Positions 1 through 11,191 of a DNA stretch of 64,000 nt are shown piece by piece; position 1 is the stretch's first letter; every line of letters begins with the position of its first letter. The notes below the pieces were generated by a model. The model worked only from the letters and a program-made list of their open reading frames with translations, made no database searches and was not told where the DNA came from. This DNA comes from Nemertoderma westbladi (Eukaryota; Animalia; Xenacoelomorpha). Location: positions 1 through 64,000 of the forward strand of contig JAUCBJ010007849.1 of NCBI GenBank assembly GCA_032718475.1, written 5' to 3'. A program made the position numbers and the translations under genes.

Positions 1-192
1 GAAATTTAATTCAACATTCAACAAATAAATACATTCTTCACATTTATTCTGTGTAGAAATTCTGCAATGAACCAACATTGATAGGTGTGGAGATCGAATG
101 TGACGTTCACATGGGTGATTCATTACGTTACGTATTTAATTTTATAAAAATGAAATAGTAAAATTAACAAAATTTACTTTATTCTATCGCAG

Positions 193-1161
193 GTTAAAGA
201 TGTTATAGAGGAATCTATAGCTCGTCTGGAGATCTCCGCGGCGCGACTGAACAGCGACCAGGAAGAGGAAGAAGAAGATGACGAAGGCAAAGCTGCTGAG
301 GATCAGGAGTTTCTCGAGAGCATTCGAGATAATATGGAACAGAATCAAGGGCGACTCGACGACAGTATAATGGTTCGTCTATTCCGGGAGAAGTTGCACT
401 CACAACCGTGTCAGAATCAGGGATTCGTGTTGGACGGCTACCCGAAGCTGTACGAACAGGCCAAAGAGTTGTTCGCCCCCGATGAAGATGCCGAGGAAGC
501 GGAAGATGAGAAAGCCCCCAATTACGATCGGTTGACAATGCCAGAGATCGTTGTATCTCTCGATGCGGCTGATGGGTTCCTGAGAGACCGCGTTATGGGT
601 CTGCCGGAGCGAGTAGTCGCAGGCACTCACAACACCGAGGACGGCTTGAACCGCAGACTCGCTGAGTTCCGGCTCCATAGCAACGAGGAGGATACCGTGT
701 TAAACTTCTTTGACGAAAATGAGATAGAGATAGTTACCGTGGATGTCGCTGATGACGTTTCTGAGATGATGGCGGATACCTTGGGATTGGTTACAGGGAA
801 ACTCGGAAAGGGGAGGAATTACGGATTGACTGAAGAAGAAAAGTTGGTAATAGAGAAGGCGGAAGCTGAGGAGAGGTTGAAGAAAGAGGCTGAAGAGCAG
901 GAATATAAAGAAATAAACAACGCGGCGGAGAGAAAGTTGAAGCAACAAAGGGAAGCGGAATGGTCCGCGAAATTAGAAGAGGTTAAAAAACAGGAGTCGG
1001 AGATGTTGGAGACAGCCTCGATTCCTTTAAGAAACTATTTGATGAAACATGTGATGCCAACCCTAACGGAGGCCTTGATCGAGTGCTGTAAAGCCAGACC
1101 CGACGACGCTGTTGATTACGTCGCCGAGTACCTGTTTAGAAACAACCCACAGATTGACTGA
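193..1161 (+). CDS. AK7: Adenylate kinase 7, terminal coding exon
   Basis: Acceptor ttctatcgcag ends at 192. The frame is open from 193 (VKDVIEESIARLE...) into ORF 334-1161. It has the kinase motif CQNQGFVLDGYPK, an E/K-rich coiled coil and a C-terminal Dpy-30 motif (PLRNYLMKHVMPTLTEALIECCKARPDDAVDYVAEYLF), the AK7 architecture. Upstream exons lie outside the window. Confidence 0.93.
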   Translation, partial: VKDVIEESIARLEISAARLNSDQEEEEEDDEGKAAEDQEFLESIRDNMEQNQGRLDDSIMVRLFREKLHSQPCQNQGFVLDGYPKLYEQAKELFAPDEDAEEAEDEKAPNYDRLTMPEIVVSLDAADGFLRDRVMGLPERVVAGTHNTEDGLNRRLAEFRLHSNEEDTVLNFFDENEIEIVTVDVADDVSEMMADTLGLVTGKLGKGRNYGLTEEEKLVIEKAEAEERLKKEAEEQEYKEINNAAERKLKQQREAEWSAKLEEVKKQESEMLETASIPLRNYLMKHVMPTLTEALIECCKARPDDAVDYVAEYLFRNNPQID

Positions 1162-1972
1162 ATTATTTATGAAACAATCAGCTACTTCTTGATATTTATA
1201 ACTTCCTAAATGTTTTTTTGAATAATTATTTTAATTCTTTATATATTTGTAACAAAATAATTACGTTACCCTTAAATGATTAAATTTTTAGTAATTATGG
1301 AAATTTATGGCCTCACCACCCCCGAAGCCACTACGCCTTTCTTTCTTCCGGTAACTATAAACGCCAATCATTAAGTAGAGATGATTTCTAATAACCAGTG
1401 AATTGGAAGTTAATCAGAATAAACATTTTGACCATATTATTGTTATATTAGAATTAAATAAGGGACGCTCTTGAGGATGACACTGAGTTACGAGATTAAT
1501 TAACGTTATTGCTATCGGGAGATAAAGTAACGTTATCGCTATCGGGAAGTAAAGTAACGTAAGCGTTAACGTTCAGAATGATGTAATGAACGTAAATTTG
1601 CACTTTTTCTCCCTAGGGAAAAAGAAACCCATAGGATTGCATTGTTTGTACTTTTTTTCCCTGCGAAAAAAGTAAAATAAAATATTTTTGGTGGAATTTC
1701 TTAAATTTTATTAATCAGATTGAAATAGCATTGACATAGAAAAGATTTGCACATAATTTGAGCAAAATTCATGCACGCATTCAAAAGTTATGGCAAATTT
1801 AGTGTCTGCGTGGCGTACTCCAAAACCCAATATTAAAAAACTCAATATCCAATATTGGTTTATGTTGTTAATTTTATTGTATAGAGTACTGTGTCATTAT
1901 GTATTATGAGATTACATGACTTCCCAAGATTGTCATGTCTTGCTGTACAATGACATGGAATGAAATGCCATA

Positions 1973-2322
1973 GCCACGCCACGCCACGCCACGCCACGCC
2001 ACGCCACGCCACGCCACGCCACGCCACGCCACGCCACGCCACGCCACGCCACGCCACGCCACGCCACGCCACGCCACGCCACGCCACGCCACGCCACGCC
2101 ACGCCACGCCACGCCACGCCACGCCACGCCACGCCACGCCACGCCACGCCACGCCACGCCACGCCACGCCACGCCACGCCACGCCACGCCACGCCACGCC
2201 ACGCCACGCCACGCCACGCCACGCCACGCCACGCCACGCCACGCCACGCCACGCCACGCCACGCCACGCCACGCCACGCCACGCCACGCCACGCCACGCC
2301 ACGCCACGCCACGCCACGCCAC
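1973..2322. repeat. Perfect (GCCAC)n pentanucleotide microsatellite, about 70 units
   Basis: Read directly from the sequence; it explains the WRGVA/HATPR ORFs. Confidence 0.98.
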
Positions 2323-2729
2323 ACTATTCCGTGACATTATATGTCATTCCCTACATGCCAATATTAGTGCAGTGGTTTGCTATTTCATGTCGAGGAATAG
2401 ACGTCGCCGGCAGCAGACGTTATTACCAGCAGACTTCGTGTTTCCGGCACTGATTTCTTTTACACTAAGTATCAAGATCATAAAGATATAACCATGGGAT
2501 TGTAATCAAACGATGATTAAAATACCCAGGAAGTTACACAAAGGCAATTGCTTATAATTGTCCTATTACTATTACTAATAGTTGGCGCCGTTGATTGTCT
2601 TTATGCAATTATAGTGAGTAAGTAAGTTGATTAGACAAATAGAAAGTATAAAGAGGCAGATTTTCTAGCATTTTTTTACAATCTCTGTTCAGATTACCTT
2701 CTAAATGTTTGTTTGAAAGTTTTGAACTA

Positions 2730-3260
2730 AAATCTGCTCTGGTCTGGCCTGGTAATTGCCTAGGTCTTGCCTGGTACTGCTCTGGTTCATGCCTGTCCCT
2801 GTCGGGCACTACTCCTCAGATTCCGGATCTAGCCATGACTGGACACTTCTCTGTTTGGGCCTCGACTCGCACTGCTGTTGTTCTATCCCAAACGGTGTAA
2901 TGCCGGGTTCAGGCTGAGTCCTGCCGGGCAATCCTCTTAATCTGCCCTGGCAGTGCTCTAGACTCTCCTGGTTCTACTATGGTGCTCTACTACTGTGGTT
3001 TTGGTTTATCTATGCCCTGGCATTTCTCTGGCTCTGACCAGGATCCAATCTGACATTGGCTATGGTTCAGGCCTGGCTCCGTTCTGGCTCTGCTCTGGTT
3101 CTGGTCTGACTGTTAGTGTCAAGTGCCCTGCACTTCTAATGGTTGTGACATGGCTCTGCTCTTTTTTATGACCTCTCTCTACCCTACCACAACTGGTTCT
3201 GGCCTTGCACTGACCCGGCACTTCTCCAGTTCTGTGTTGATACTGCTATCAATGCCGACT
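2730..3260. repeat. Degenerate low-complexity tract rich in CTGG/CTCTG
   Basis: Recurrent ctctgg/ctggtt/cctgg motifs with no fixed period and a strong pyrimidine strand bias. Confidence 0.45.
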
Positions 3261-3444
3261 CTCATCCAATTGAATTTGGGGAGTCACAATTCCCCTGACC
3301 CTCAGTGCTGCGTACAATTTATCGCGAGTTAATTTCTCAAGTAGTTATATAGATTGTATAATATTATTATTATTTACCCTAAATTTTTAACATTTTACAT
3401 AATTCAAAGGCAACGAAGATCAATTTGAACAAAACTTAACCAAA

Positions 3445-3517
3445 ATGAACAAAATGATTGGCATTCTACTTCTAATCTCCGTGACAACGGTGTTTGGACG
3501 ATCGGTTGAAACTGAAA
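3445..3517 (+). CDS. Small secreted peptide gene, exon 1 (signal peptide)
   Basis: ATG in an A-rich context (caaaATG); encodes MNKMIGILLLISVTTVFGRSVETE; perfect donor GTAAGT at 3518, phase 1. Confidence 0.7.
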
Positions 3518-3888
3518 GTAAGTTATATTTTAAGGTAGAACCGACATCTCACAATAGATTCAATCTCTTTTTCTTTCTGCTTTATCATTTAGTAATTATA
3601 TATTTCATATATTATCACTTGCAAAGCTCAAACTTTCAGTTTATCCTACAGTATATAGGGCTCCCTCCCTTCCTTAACTAACAGCTAATAATTTATACTT
3701 GACATATTTATAGGTCTGCATTCTATATGTCATTGAAAACCGATCGGATTAACTAATTAATTATAGGGTCCTTTCACTAATCAGACATCCTTACCTTTTC
3801 GAATTTTCCAATACATATTAATTTGATATACCTGTAGGTCATATTTGAATTATTTTCTAATTTATTTTAATATTCCTTGCTTCTTTAG

Positions 3889-4034
3889 AACAATTAGCAA
3901 TAGAGATCAGAAATGTTTGGGAGGACATTTTTGGAAAAACTCTTGAAATTGTTGAAGATGCGGTTGATGCGGCGGATAACGGTCTAAAGGACGCACGTGT
4001 ACATTTGAATACGGTTAAAGGTCTGCAAACATAA
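3889..4034 (+). CDS. Small secreted peptide gene, exon 2
   Basis: Acceptor ttccttgcttctttag ends at 3888. The phase-1 join gives KQLAIEIRNVWEDIFGKTLEIVEDAVDAADNGLKDARVHLNTVKGLQT* with TAA at 4032-4034. Confidence 0.68.
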
Positions 4035-4829
4035 CATTCTGCAAACTATAAACTCTGTTTATTTTGTGACTCTGTTTGCGTGATTTATGCGGTGCTTTTC
4101 TATAGCTATTGTAATATTTAATATAATATTCGGTTGATTTAAAGCGGTGTGTACTGTATAAGTATTACATTTAATCCTATGAATTTATAAGGTATTTATT
4201 GTTTAATTATAAATATATACCCGAAGTGATGTATCTAATTCGATGCTCGAAATAATGCTTTATTCGTAAAATCTTACTTTTAGCCCGAATATCCCCCAAG
4301 ATTGGGAAAAAAAGGGGTACTTTAAGAAGTGTAACAATATTTTCCAATATTATCTTGACTCTTTATTTACCCCGATGTCGCTTGGTAAATAAAATACCTC
4401 GAGAATAGTGAAAACAATAAATTTATATCATTTATAAATGCTGCAGACTTGAATTCTGACTGTAAATATGAAATTCACCCCCCAGTAAACATTGGTCGTT
4501 AATGCTTGGGTGGTTAGGCCCTGCGGTGTTAGGCCATGTGGTGTCATACGATGGTGTCGTCAAGGGAACGGAGCATGTTACAGCGCAATGTTATTCCAAC
4601 AAAAACAATATCAAGAGTTAATAGCAAATGTTACAATTTAATTTTTGTTAGTAATCCGTTGTAAATAGAAAAAATAGAAATAAAACTAGTGAATTAAGCC
4701 GGAACTAAAGACGTTAACTGTTGTTCTCGCATCCACCAGTATACAGTACTGTAGTTCAGGCATACCCCATATTTTAGTTCGAAGGTTCGAAGTTTTAATA
4801 CCAAGGTGGGATACGGTGTAATTCAAAAA

Positions 4830-5600
4830 AACCGGGCCGGTACCGGTTCCGCCAAAACCGGCAATAACCGGTACCGGTACCGAACGTAAATTCAACATTT
4901 CGAAAAGTGGCCTATTATGATCGTTAAAGTTATACACACATGCCAAGTCCCAGGGACGGATTATGAATTTTTGGGCCCCCGGCAGTCGCAACTTACGGGC
5001 CCCAAGCACAATAAATATATTCGATATAAAAACGTAACGGAAAACGCTAGACAGAAATAGTTGAATTTCGCTAAATTGAAAATCAGTGAAAAAAGCGGTG
5101 AGTTCCGCTTACTTTTTTTTAACGAATAATAGTCCCTTATTATTATAAATTTTAAATAATAATAATTTTTTCCTAAAATTACACCATTCAAAATTCATAA
5201 ATTCTATATTTAGGAACGAATATATTGGTCTATCAATAAATTAGACACAAAATTAATAAAATAAATTAAAATTAAATGTTAATTGTAATATTTACTATTA
5301 CTTTAACTCGACCCCTTTTGCTAACGTTTTCCTTTAAGCATTACTTTACACTTTAAACATTTTTTAAACACTTTAAACATTTTTTTATAAAACACTTTAT
5401 AAACATTCTAGGGGACACAGTGCTCTGAATGGTGCTATATATATGTGAGATATACTCTAAATATTTATTGAACAGCCAGAAATTAATAAATAAATGAGGT
5501 TGTTTTATCAGTGAGATAATGTTCGGTAAATTTCTCCCAACTTGCGGGCCCCTTCCAACTTACGGACCCCCGGCAGCTGCAAGCTGCCCCTACAATAGAA
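4830..5600. mobile_element. Possible remnants of non-autonomous DNA transposons (hAT-like)
   Basis: Clustered ACCGGT/GGTACC palindromes at 4830-4882; CAGGG at about 4951 followed by GGGCCCC/CCCCCGGCAG/CAACTTACGG motifs that recur at 5545-5580. Clear TIRs and a TSD were not resolved. Confidence 0.3.
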
Positions 5601-5734
5601 CAGGTTACAGTTTTATTTTTGAGAGTAATCAGCTGTTATTTGCGTCGATTTCCCCCTGGAGAGGGATGGATTTTTATTGCGTCCAGTCCCCCCCCCACCC
5701 CCCCCCCCCCCCCCCTCTATCTGAAACCGTAAGC

Positions 5735-5905
5735 ACCCCAAACATTCAAGTTACAATTGAACTGGAAGTGAATAGGAACATTTATTTTCTTGACATCACA
5801 ATTGAGCGTTACAGTGACCGATTTGTGACTTCAGTTTTTAGGAAGGCTTGTAATACTAACCAAGTTGTCCCTTTCCACTCTTTTTGTGAACTTAAATATA
5901 AAGTC
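5735..5905 (+). mobile_element. Penelope-like element fragment, 5' part (RT C-terminal region)
   Basis: PNIQVTIELEVNRNIYFLDITIER...TSVFRKACNT matches the PLE RT pattern (FTxExE...FLD...VYRK). The frame continues at 22750 once the LTR insertions are removed. Confidence 0.8.
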
Positions 5906-6888
5906 TGTTCGCGCTTTCAGACCTTTAGCAGTTTAACCTGCCAAATTTAGGTGTCTTCTAGGTTATAAATCAACTTTAGCCTATGACGAGTATTTGATAC
6001 ACTACATTAGCCGAAGCCAGCCTATGCGCGACCATTCACCCGCTGGATATACCCGGGAGACTGGATTCGGAAGCTCTGACCTTATTGCGATGTAGGCCTA
6101 CTGTATTATTCGATTGATCGTTAATATATAATCTCTGACAAATATTATTCACTTTTGGGAAATATTAACAGTTCCTTTAGGACGTGGCGCTCTAAGTATG
6201 TAAACAGAGTTATGACTTACACTAAACACAACGGGATGGCTATTGATTCACGTATAAAGCTCATTCTTTAGGAGAGTCTTTGTTATCTGTCACAATCATG
6301 CACACTACCGCACAATGCTGCACACCGATCTGCCGACCTTCACTAATTTTAGTCACATATAAAGAGAACAGCAACCGACACATGTAGTGCCTATGAAATA
6401 GCATTAGATTCACTCCAAAACCAATATAATGTAAGTCGCAATTGCTATATGTAACCGGTCTCTTACCTTCAGTATATCAAGAAGATTGGGGTTTTATGAT
6501 TATTTATCGATATTATCCAAATATAATAATATTCCATCAACTGATACAATTAATAACCGACAGTAAATAGCAGTAAAATAATGCGGTGTTTGTAGGTGAC
6601 AATATGATTTGATTTGGCAGTTTGTTAATTGTGGCTTGGTTTGTAACAATATGTTAACAGTTATACGTTTCTATGATCAAAGCCTACTAATGTTTGGCTA
6701 AAGTCTGAAACACAGAATAATTCCACAGCCGGTGTTCTGGCATCAGGAAAAAAGGTAAACATAAACCATAATGCATTGCGCGATTTCCCGGAGGTTTCTG
6801 TACAAATAAAATGAGAATCGCTCTGATTGGTTGACCGAACAAAGAAACAAAGGAAAAGTTACACGTGTACATATCAGCTGATAGATGT
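5906..6888 (-). mobile_element. Solo LTR of a related BEL/Pao family, left piece
   Basis: Begins TGT and is collinear with, but diverged from, the LTR at 6889-8069. Preceded by TSD AAGTC (5901-5905). Confidence 0.88.
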
Positions 6889-8069
6889 TGTACGCGCTTT
6901 TGAAGACCTTTAGCAGTTTAACCTGCCAAAATTTATATGTCTTTTGGTTTATAAATAGACTTTAGAAAATGACAAGTATTTAATACCAATAAACACAACA
7001 TTAGCCGAAGCCAGCCTAGTGCGCGTCCATTCACCCGCTGGATATACCCGGGAGACTGGATTCGGAGGGCTTAGATTGTTATTGCAGTGTAAGCTTAATG
7101 TATTATTCGATTGATCGTTAATAAATAATTTCTGACCAATATTATTCACTTTCGGGAAATATTAACAGTTCCTTTAGGACGTGGCGCTCTATCTAGGTAA
7201 ACAGAGATATGACTTATACTAAACACAACGGTAAGTCGGTAAGGCTTATGATTCACGTATGAGGCGCATTCTTTAGGAAATGCTTAGTTATCAGTCACAA
7301 TCATGCACACTACCGGTAACACACAATACTGCACACTAATTTGCCGACCGTCAATGAATTTTATCATATATAAAGAGAACAGCAATTGACTCATGTAGTG
7401 CTTATCAAATAGCATTAAATTCACTACAAACCACAATAATATAAGTCGCAATCGCTATATGTAACCCGTCTCTCTAACCTGTAGTGTATCAAGAAAATTG
7501 GGAAATTTGGGTTCTTTATAGATGTTCTCCAGATAATAATATTCCACCATAACACAACAGTAAATAGCAGTATAATAATGTATGTTGCAGTGATATAAGA
7601 CTACTGCTGATTGCACTGATTGTACTGGACCGATAAAAGTTATACGCTCTATAATCTAAGCCTACTAATGTTTCTTCTAAAGTCTGAAACGAATTGACTC
7701 TAGAGCCGGTGTTCCTGGCCTAGATAGAAACAACACAACAGTATTAAGAAAAACAGTAAGACTGAACACTCCTAGCATGATCTGCCAAATATCTCCACAT
7801 CGACAGAAAAAATCGCTCTGATTGGCTGTTAAGCTAAACAAAGAACCATGTATCCAATGGCCGTTTCCATGTCAGCAACCAGCTGTTAGATGTCGTAATC
7901 TGAATCATCAAGGCTAAGCTGTGCCAGGGTATTTAACGCATTGCGGGTTTTTGCCTTACCATGTCCTCCAAAGCACACATATAGAAGAATGACTTTTATG
8001 TCCGTTAAAACACCTATAACGGTACCTTGCGGGCGAGGGGGACTGAGTATTTCCGCAAAAGCTTTTACA
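6889..8069 (-). repeat. 3' LTR (1181 bp)
   Basis: Direct repeat of 21351-22527. By eye the two differ by 3 substitutions and one 4-bp indel. Confidence 0.96.
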
Positions 8070-8078
8070 CCGCTCCCA
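8070..8078 (-). promoter_or_regulatory. Candidate polypurine tract
   Basis: The minus strand reads (T)GGGAGCGG immediately before the TGT of the 3' LTR. Confidence 0.5.
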
Positions 8079-8147
8079 GAAAATGGGATTCAAGTTTATA
8101 AATATACAAAAATCACAGTTTCTAATATATGTAAATACTCTAAACAG

Positions 8148-8480
8148 TTAGTCTTTCTTGCGCGGACGGCGTTTACGCAGTTTTTTAAAGCTAGTCAGAG
8201 TCTTTTTCTCTTTGGGGCGAGCCACTTTACAAGGAGGGCTATAACTCCTGGGTGAAGGGTGCAATACGATTGCATCAGAGGGTGTAGGATTATGGTCGGT
8301 GTATCCGCCGGTCAAAGTGCCGGGTTGGTTGACATCAACGTCGGGGGAGAGGGGTCTAACGGCTTTGAGAGCGCGTTTTAAGACAGCCGCTCTTACGGGT
8401 CCTTTACGAGTGGTCTGAACGAGAGTCGTGGGTGGACCATAGGCAGTTAGAAACCTCCAGGGTTTAATGGTTCTTTCCAA
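8148..8480 (-). CDS. Small basic ORF (110 aa) inside the retrotransposon, overlapping the end of ORF3
   Basis: ATG-initiated, same sense as gag-pol, ends KKLRKRRPRKKD. No recognisable domain. Confidence 0.35.
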   Translation of the reverse strand: MERTIKPWRFLTAYGPPTTLVQTTRKGPVRAAVLKRALKAVRPLSPDVDVNQPGTLTGGYTDHNPTPSDAIVLHPSPRSYSPPCKVARPKEKKTLTSFKKLRKRRPRKKD

Positions 8481-9595
8481 CTCGCGTTCGCGGGCTCGGT
8501 ATTCGTAAGGCCGTCGATATACTTCCTGTAACTCGGGTGTGAGTTAACAAATAAGTCTCCATAGTCCGGATCCTGACGGATATAATTGATTAAGTTATAG
8601 GAATGAAGGTCGCTAGGATTAACACTCCTGAGAAATTTGCGTACGAACTTGGTTGAAATACATTCTCCGACGCGCTTCAGTAGTTCGTAACTCGATATGC
8701 GTGATTTCTGTTCGACAGAAGCGAATAGATAAGGATGGAACGCATAAACTCCTTCGTAAGTGCGTCCAGGATAATAGCGATGGCGCGAATCACAATGTAA
8801 ATCAGCGTTCGCTTCCCAAGCTCTGATGTAACGTAGTGTGATCATTTCATCTACGCTTTCCAAATCGTGATTAAAAGGGCAATCGAAACTGGCGTGTCCC
8901 TTTAGTTGACAATGGTGACATTGAGTCATAAATTGAGGGCAAACCGCAAAAATGTGCAAGTTATTGAGTCTGCAATACGCACAATAAATTTCCATCGCCG
9001 GTTGTTCGTGGAAATAGGAACAGCGGACGTTTGTGTCCATGGGCGTAACATGGTCTCTCGATGCGCATAACCGACAACGTTGCCGAGAAACATAGTTGGC
9101 ATGGCGATAATCGTACGCAGTGAGACACTGTGGACCTTGATACCATTCTAGGATGTAATCGTTGTCGCTGTTCCGGGCGCGATAGGCTGAATCTCCTCAG
9201 ATTCTAGGCATATTGGTTCGTCTTCCCAGTCTGTTACGAATAGAATTTTCGTGATCTATTCTCGGTTTATCGTTACGACTCCGCTGGGTATGATATTTAA
9301 ATAGAACCATTTCCCTTTCGGTGTCTACATCGTCCGTATCATGTAAATCGATAGGATGGCCGGTAGTTAGGAAGTCCATATATGTACTATTACGATGCGT
9401 ATAGCGAGCGGTGAATTTTCGATAGTCCAATTCACGCGTAAGTTGCTCTTGGGACATCGGCGGTTCGATATAACGACCATCGTCCTCCGTAATGGTTGGC
9501 TCGGTTTCACCGCGTATCAAGCTATCCACAAATGCTTGTAAAGGTAGAGTATATCGCTCCCTGATACCAAGATCATCTTCTATCAACTCCGTCAT
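8447..9595 (-). CDS. Accessory ORF3 of the retrotransposon: about 382 codons with zinc-knuckle-like motifs and one in-frame TGA
   Basis: ORFs 9197-9595 and 8447-9040 share a frame, linked by 52 open codons after the TGA at 9197-9199. Motifs: CRLCASRDH, CAYCRLNNLHIFAVC, CHHCQLKGHASFDC. Confidence 0.65.
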
Positions 9596-11191
9596 ATCTG
9601 CTATCTGAGTTTATTAATATCGAAATGAGTTTATGTTTAGGCGAGCGGACGTCGCTGCCTACCTCTCTTTGCCCCCGGACAGTGGGATTCTCAGCGACGA
9701 TGTACCGTCGTCGCGGTGTTTACGCCAACATGTAGCAACAGCACGACAACGATAACCGGCACAAGTCACTCCACCGTCCGTCCCAAAGGCTTGAATCTAC
9801 TTTAGGTTCTTTCTATAGGAGAGTTGGGCTACTTTCACAATTGCGACTAGCTACTGTAAACATACTTTAGCAGTAACATTCACCTATAAACGCACAAATT
9901 CCACACAACTGTCACCAATTGTACACATACAGGCCATTTGTCCGTTAGTCAGTGCCTTCCAGAATGTCACGTTATTACTGTGTATCTTTGGATACTAACA
10001 GTGTGCTATGTATTCTCTATGCTATGCAATGTGACAAGCTTTCTATTGTTCTTTTAACTTGCTTCTAATTCTAGCGTGGGTGTTGCTATGGTGACATTAT
10101 GGAAAGCTAGCGGTAGAATTAGGGTAATTCTCATGCATACAGATCTGGAATGCTATTTAATAGTAATTCTTTAATTGTCAATATCCTCTTTATACATGAT
10201 TTTATTAATTTTATCGGCTATTGACTATATGTTGGAGATTCTCGCACTCTAATACACTCAATAGGATGAATCTCCGCTCCCATGATCTATTAATTAATGG
10301 AATTTTGGGAATGTTATAAATTGCACAAAATGACAATTTATGAAATTCATTTAAAATATGAATTTAAATTTATTCCCGTGAATTTTATTATTTGATAGTA
10401 CAATTGACACAATTTGATTCCAGAGCAGGTCTGGGGAGGATCCTTAATTCTATGAAAATTGTCTTTTAAGAGTATCTGTAAGTGCTGCGATATCTTAATT
10501 GACTAGAAATTTTAAAGGATCTGAATTTTACAGATTTTAATAAATATTAAATTAATATTTAAGATGGGCACCGATTTATTCCAGAACTTGTCTGGGGACG
10601 TTAACCACTGATTCTAGAATTTGTCTTTCAAGTATATCGGTGGGTGCCGCGATATCTTAATCGACTAGAATTACAGATGGTCAAAAGGTTTAACAGATTT
10701 ATTTGCGTTTTACGCTACTGTTATATGGACATCACGCTACTATATGTATTATTTAATATAAGGTAGAAGAGCAATATCGCACGAAGCAATGTCAGTGTGA
10801 AGAGGCAAGTCGTTTCCAAGGTCTACCCAGAGCTTGGTTTAGCCGAGACACGAGGATCTGAACTTTGCATTCCTAATACTCTGCCTACCAATAATACTTA
10901 AATATAGTAGGGGCTTTATTGTACTTTAATAAGTACGGACATTTCATCTTACTGTAGTCACATATTTATAATATGATACGGACAGTAAGGAAAGAGAAAA
11001 ATTATTTCTCGCCGTCACACTAAATATATATTATATATATGTAATTACGTAATAAACACTAATATATTGCACTAATCTACCAAATAATCTAAAATAACCT
11101 TCTACTAAATAAAATTGAATAAAAACGATTATAATAAAGTACATAATAATGTTCACATATAAAATATAATAAAATAGATAAAATAATATAG

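Noticed and set aside
1495-1680. Short duplicated and palindromic motifs (gtaacgttatcgctatcggga; ttttctccctagggaaaa)
   Set aside because: Possibly a MITE remnant, but no termini or TSD could be defined.
1860-2337. WRGVA and HATPR repeat proteins
   Set aside because: Translations of the GCCAC microsatellite, open in several frames on both strands.
3445-3681. 78-aa single-exon ORF
   Set aside because: It reads through a perfect GTAAGT donor into AT-rich intron; the spliced model is better.
6949-7149. 66-aa ORF duplicated at 21411-21611, and the ORFs at 7941 and 22399
   Set aside because: Duplicated only because they lie in the LTRs; non-ATG starts and no recognisable domains.
5906-8069. Tandem LTR duplication or a three-LTR element
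   Set aside because: Two distinct TSD pairs (AAGTC and GATGT) and the continuation at 22533-22744 show nested insertion into a solo LTR.
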